A stretch of 63,894 nt of DNA, counting the filler, from Octopus bimaculoides (Eukaryota): NCBI RefSeq assembly GCF_001194135.2. It is 6 parts of 3 records of this genome, joined end to end, with 100 filler letters (N's around TTAATTAATTAA, not from the genome) between each part and the next. Parts side by side here need not be neighbours in the genome. Positions count along the whole stretch, not along the records: positions 62,511 to 63,894 come from NC_068987.1; 5 more parts are not named here. One strand, given 5' to 3'. A program made the position numbers and the translations under genes. Below, one piece after another: positions 63,482 through 63,894 of this stretch. The notes below the pieces were generated by a model that was given only the letters and a program-made list of their open reading frames with translations, was not told where the DNA came from and did not search any database. Within the stretch, counting starts at the first letter, position 1. Each line of letters begins with the position of its first letter.

Positions 63482-63894
63482 CCAGGTTGAGTCAAAAGTC
63501 TTTTTGCATTTCAAGTTTTAATTAATAGTTAAAAAAAGAATTACATACGAAAAACTTTTATTCATCAAAATATATTTCATCAAATTCTATTGTTTGTTGC
63601 CATCGTTGTAACAGAAGCTCAATTCCACGCTTATACCATTTAGCTGATTTGGTGGCAAAAAGTCTTTCTGCTCTCATTTCAACTTCATTCACATTGTTAA
63701 ACCTCCGTCTGTGCAGGGAATCAACCACAGATCAGAAGAGATGGCAATCTTATGGTGCAATATCTGGACTGTAGGCAGGTTCTTCATGTTTTCGCGCTTG
63801 GTCACGTTGGCACTGTGTGCTGGAGCATTGTTTTGATGCAGGAGTGTGCATCTTCGATTGACTAATGTCAGGTAGCAGGCTTTCAAACCATCAT
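63482..63894 (-). mobile_element. Mariner-like transposon 3' end, running off the window
   Basis: TA|CCAGGTTGAGTCAAAAG terminus. Minus LLHQNNAPAHSANVT and a decayed PHP.YSPD..PSD and RWQQ region. Confidence 0.8.

Overview
This is eukaryotic genomic DNA from a gappy short-read scaffold, with about 8.9 kb (roughly 14%) as N runs, mostly next to collapsed (TA)n/(CA)n/(GA)n tracts. The extreme microsatellite load and the SINE families suggest a coleoid cephalopod, probably Octopus (inference). No intact recognisable gene is present, and almost all long ORFs in the track are microsatellite or N artefacts. The window is dominated by decayed mobile DNA: CR1-like, Jockey/I-like, Tx1/L1-like, R4/Dong-like and HERO-like LINE fragments, mariner and maT (DD37D) transposase relics, several MITEs (hAT with 8-bp TSDs, Kolobok-like, fold-backs) and several SINE families. 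The most notable items are (i) chains of small splice-site-bounded, phase-compatible exon candidates for an unrecognised aromatic-rich protein, plus a tandemly duplicated 200-nt pseudo-exon on the minus strand, (ii) three Penelope-type minimal hammerhead ribozyme motifs, (iii) a 1.3-kb inverted duplication that folds a maT end plus its flank back on itself, (iv) a MITE carrying head-to-head TTAGGG arrays, (v) R4/Dong fragments sitting in (AAT)n tracts, and (vi) a SINE whose 3' tail resembles a Tx1-like LINE tail. All family assignments come from motif recognition by eye and need database confirmation.
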